Below, piece by piece: positions 60,727 to 64,000 of a stretch of 64,000 bases of DNA. Source of the DNA: Candidatus Kapaibacterium sp. (lineage in GTDB: Bacteria > Bacteroidota > Ignavibacteria > Kapaibacteriales > Kapaibacteriaceae); assembly GCA_018882585.1 (NCBI GenBank), contig VFFB01000005.1, positions 948 to 64,947 of the forward strand. Direction: 5' to 3'. Numbering within the stretch: the stretch's first letter is position 1; the number at the start of each line of letters is the position of its first letter. The notes under the pieces are model-generated. The model was not told the DNA's origin and ran no database searches. It saw only the letters and a program-made list of their open reading frames with translations. The translations under genes were made by a program, and so were the position numbers.

Positions 60727-61851
60727 ATGAGCCTGCACATCAGGGCACTAGATGCCAACGACACGACGCCCTTCATCAAGGCGCAGTGGTTGTTCTACAA
60801 GGGCGATCCCAACTGGGTGCCGCCGTTGATCATGGATCGCAAGAAGCTGTTGAATCAGAAGGTAAATCCCTTCTACCGACACGCCGAACTCCAGATGTTC
60901 CTGGCGGAACGAAACGGCGCCGTTGTTGGACGCATCGCTGCAATCACCAACGAGCGGCACAACGAGCTGCATCAAGACACAATCGGTTTCTTCGGCTTTT
61001 TCGAGTGCATCAACGACCAGTCTGTTGCCAACGCACTCTTCGATGCAGCCAAGGCATGGCTCCGGAAAAAAGGAAAGGCCGCCATCCGAGGCCCAGTCAA
61101 CCCGTCCATGAATGACGAGACGGGTCTGCTTGTCGATGGCTTCGACGGTCCGCCCGTCATCCTGATGACGTACAACCCACCCTACTACCAAGATCTTATC
61201 AAGGGGGCAGGGCTGGACAAGGTGAAGGACCTGTACGCCTACATGGTCTACACCGAAGACTGGCAGAACGAGAAGCTAGCGCGGATGTCCGATATCGTGA
61301 AAGAACGCAACGGTGTAACCTTCCGAAACCTGAACCTGACGGATAAGGCCCAGTTCCGTCGCGATGTCGAGACGCTTCGCGATATCTACAACACGGCCTG
61401 GGAAAAGAACTGGGGCTTTGTGAAGATGACGAACGAGGAGTTCGACTTCCTGGCCGCCGACCTGAAGCAGATCGCCAACCCCGAATACGCCTTCATTGCC
61501 GAGAGTCACGGCAAGGTAGCGGGATTCCTGCTTGCCGTGCCCGACGTGAATTTCTGCTTCCGTCATAACAAAAGCGGTGGCCTGCTTACAGGACTCTACC
61601 ATCTGCTTACCAAGCGAAAGAAGATCCGGCTTATCCGACTTATCGTGCTTGGTGTGCTACCGGAGTTCCGTCGTACCGGCATCGATGGTGCACTCTACAC
61701 CGAGATCGCCCGACGAGCCAAGCGCGACAACCTAATCGGTGCCGAAGCATCGTGGATCCTTGAAGACAACGAGATGATGAACCGCGGTTTGACGCATACC
61801 ATGAAGGGTCAGCTCTACCGCACCTACCGACTGTTTGAATCGCAACTCTAA
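60727..61851 (+). CDS. GNAT-fold protein (YghO-like)
   Basis: DPNWVPPL, GRIAA, FGFFECI, TYNPPYY, NWGF, LGVLPEFR, WILEDN. Confidence 0.85.
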   Translation: MSLHIRALDANDTTPFIKAQWLFYKGDPNWVPPLIMDRKKLLNQKVNPFYRHAELQMFLAERNGAVVGRIAAITNERHNELHQDTIGFFGFFECINDQSVANALFDAAKAWLRKKGKAAIRGPVNPSMNDETGLLVDGFDGPPVILMTYNPPYYQDLIKGAGLDKVKDLYAYMVYTEDWQNEKLARMSDIVKERNGVTFRNLNLTDKAQFRRDVETLRDIYNTAWEKNWGFVKMTNEEFDFLAADLKQIANPEYAFIAESHGKVAGFLLAVPDVNFCFRHNKSGGLLTGLYHLLTKRKKIRLIRLIVLGVLPEFRRTGIDGALYTEIARRAKRDNLIGAEASWILEDNEMMNRGLTHTMKGQLYRTYRLFESQL

Positions 61852-61863
61852 TACGACCAACCC

Positions 61864-62580
61864 ATGGGAAGAGCATTTGAATTCCGCCGCGCCCGCAAAG
61901 AAAAACGCTGGGCGAATATGTCGAAGGCGTTTACGCGTATCGGACGCGAGATTTCGATCGCCGTAAAACAAGGCGGTCCAGATCCCGATACGAACGCACG
62001 CCTGCGTACCGCCATCCAGAATGCCAAGGCGGCAAACATGCCCAAAGACAATGTCGAGAATGCCATCAAGAAGGCCTCGGCAAAGGATGCGGCAGACCTG
62101 CAGGAAGTGAATTACGAGGCCTATGGGCCGAACGGTGTCGCCATCTGGATTGAAACCGCTACCGACAACCCAACGCGCACCGTCGCCAACGTCCGGTCAT
62201 ACTTCAACAAGTTCGGCGGTGCCCTTGGCACGTCGGGCTCGCTGGAGTTCATTTTCACCCGCAAAGGCGTGTTTACCATTCCCATGGCCGGTATCGACCG
62301 CGATGAACTCGAGATGCTGTTGATCGAGAATGGTGCCGAAGATATCCAGGAGGTCGACGACGAATTGATCGCCTACACGGCGTTCACCGACTTCGTGGCT
62401 ATGCAGCGCGCCCTGGAAACTGCGAACGTCTCGGTCTCGAACGCCGAGCTTCGCCGCATTCCCAACAACACCGTCAACCTTACCGACGATCAGACCGAAG
62501 ATGTCATCAAGCTGATCGATCGCATCGAAGAAGACGACGACGTGCAGAATGTCTTCCACAACATGAACGAATCCGACTAA
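61864..62580 (+). CDS. yebC: YebC/PmpR family protein
   Basis: MGRAFEFR, GGPDP..N.RLR, NMPKDN, YEAYGP.G, TDNPTRT, DDDVQNVFHN. Confidence 0.96.
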   Translation: MGRAFEFRRARKEKRWANMSKAFTRIGREISIAVKQGGPDPDTNARLRTAIQNAKAANMPKDNVENAIKKASAKDAADLQEVNYEAYGPNGVAIWIETATDNPTRTVANVRSYFNKFGGALGTSGSLEFIFTRKGVFTIPMAGIDRDELEMLLIENGAEDIQEVDDELIAYTAFTDFVAMQRALETANVSVSNAELRRIPNNTVNLTDDQTEDVIKLIDRIEEDDDVQNVFHNMNESD

Positions 62581-62608
62581 CCTTCACTCCTACCCAGAAC
62601 AACACCAC

Positions 62609-64000
62609 ATGTGCGGTATCGTTGGCGTCTTTAATCACCCACAAGCTTCCGCCATGGCCTACTACGCGCTGCATGCATTGCAGCACCGAGGTCAAGAAGC
62701 AGCGGGCATTGTTTCCATGTATACCGACGCTTCGAAGCAGCGTAGCCGCTTCGGAATCCACAAAGGTGAAGGCCTTGTGTTGGATGTCTTCTCACAGCAC
62801 GATGTGTTTACGTCGACGCTGCCAGGTCGATCAGCTATTGGTCACAACCGATATTCTACTACCGGCAGCAACTCCATAGCCAACATCCAGCCGTTTCAGT
62901 TCAACTACGCAAACGGCAATCTGGCACTGGCGCACAACGGCAACCTTACGAACACTCGTACGCTCCGGGATGCATTAAAGGGGCAAGGCGCGATCTTTCA
63001 GACTACGACCGATAGCGAGGTCTTTCTTCACTTGATCGCTCGCAGCAAACAGCCAACGCAGCTCGACCAAATCCGCGAAGCCGTGCGTACTGCACGGGGC
63101 GCCTATTCGCTGGTGATGCTCTCGGAGCATGCGTTGTATGCCGCACGCGACCCCGACGGATTCCGTCCATTGTGTATTGGCCGCATCAAGCACGACGAAG
63201 GCTATGCCTATGTGGTTGCGTCCGAAACGTGCGCCCTCGACATTCTGAGCGCCGAATACATCCGTGATGTGGCCCATAACGAGATCGTGGTGATCGACGA
63301 GCATACGATTCGCACCGGCGAATTCACGTCCCACGTCATCGATGATGCCCGCACCGAAGGCCCGCACCATTGCATCTTTGAATACATCTACTTCTCACGT
63401 CCGGACTCAAAGATCTTTGGTCATGCCGTCGACAAGGTGCGTCGTAAGCTTGGCAAGACTCTAGCCGAAGAGGCACCGATTCCCGGTACAACCGAGGACA
63501 AGGCCGTCGTTATTGCCGTTCCCGATTCTGGTAATACGGCGACGCTCGGCTATGCACGCTCGAACGAGAAACTCGGCAATGCGTCGCGCTACGAGATCGG
63601 CCTTATCCGCTCGCACTACGTTGGACGCACCTTCATTGCTCCCGGTCAAGATAAGCGTGAGTTCAAGGTCAAGACGAAGTTCAACGTTGTACGCGGCATC
63701 ATCGAGGACTATCGTGTGGTGGTTATTGACGATTCGATCGTGCGCGGTACCACGAGTCGATCCTTGGTCAACCTGATCCGCGAGGCAAAGCCTCGCGAGG
63801 TACACCTGCGCATCACCTCGCCCCCTGTCAAATACCCTTGCATGTATGGCATGGACTTTCCCAGCCGCGAGGAGTTGATTGCCAACCACTACGGATCAGA
63901 TCAAGAGATCGGAACTGCACTGGGCGTGGATTCGTTAGCCTACCTGTCGTTGGACGGACTACTGAATGCCGTACCGAACGATGCATGCTCGGGCTACTGC
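62609..64000 (+). CDS. purF: Amidophosphoribosyltransferase (runs off the window end; absent from the ORF track)
   Basis: ATG at 62609 reads MCGIVG..., ALQHRGQE, GHNRYST, AHNGNL, CIFEYIYFSRPDS, VPDSG, DDSIVRGTT, PC.YGMDF. Confidence 0.95.
   Translation, partial: MCGIVGVFNHPQASAMAYYALHALQHRGQEAAGIVSMYTDASKQRSRFGIHKGEGLVLDVFSQHDVFTSTLPGRSAIGHNRYSTTGSNSIANIQPFQFNYANGNLALAHNGNLTNTRTLRDALKGQGAIFQTTTDSEVFLHLIARSKQPTQLDQIREAVRTARGAYSLVMLSEHALYAARDPDGFRPLCIGRIKHDEGYAYVVASETCALDILSAEYIRDVAHNEIVVIDEHTIRTGEFTSHVIDDARTEGPHHCIFEYIYFSRPDSKIFGHAVDKVRRKLGKTLAEEAPIPGTTEDKAVVIAVPDSGNTATLGYARSNEKLGNASRYEIGLIRSHYVGRTFIAPGQDKREFKVKTKFNVVRGIIEDYRVVVIDDSIVRGTTSRSLVNLIREAKPREVHLRITSPPVKYPCMYGMDFPSREELIANHYGSDQEIGTALGVDSLAYLSLDGLLNAVPNDACSGYC

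Overview
The window looks like a moderately GC-rich FCB-group chromosome, plausibly Candidatus Kapabacteria or a relative. That placement is inferred from the many T9SS C-terminal sorting domains and Bacteroidota-type TAnnTTTG promoter motifs. Bases 1-7.6 kb form an accessory/defence island: a 5'-truncated MmeI-like Type IIL R-M gene with a compositionally distinct recognition segment, a convergent Septu/retron-I-A-like PtuA ATPase + PtuB HNH pair with no reverse transcriptase, a frameshifted RhuM remnant, and a DUF6880-like gene. That gene is bracketed by 87-bp direct repeats within a mosaic of two REP-like palindrome families. The rest is mostly core genes (bcp, tatD fusion, upp, ftsE, dapB, dnaA, tatC, polyprenyl synthase, lptF-like, purK, acpS, cobB, prfB with its +1 frameshift, yggS, yebC, purF) and secreted T9SS cargo. 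A second accessory block (35-43.5 kb) holds an uncharacterised YHYH / DUF1566 / twin metallophosphoesterase operon and an internally deleted T9SS gene. The most notable items are: a TatD nuclease fused in frame through an internal signal peptide to a beta-barrel-like protein; the REP-bounded DUF6880-like cassette; the RT-less PtuAB island; the YHYH operon; a structured intergenic RNA at 20.2-20.4 kb; and apparently widespread leaderless transcription. All family calls come from motif recognition by eye; no searches were run.
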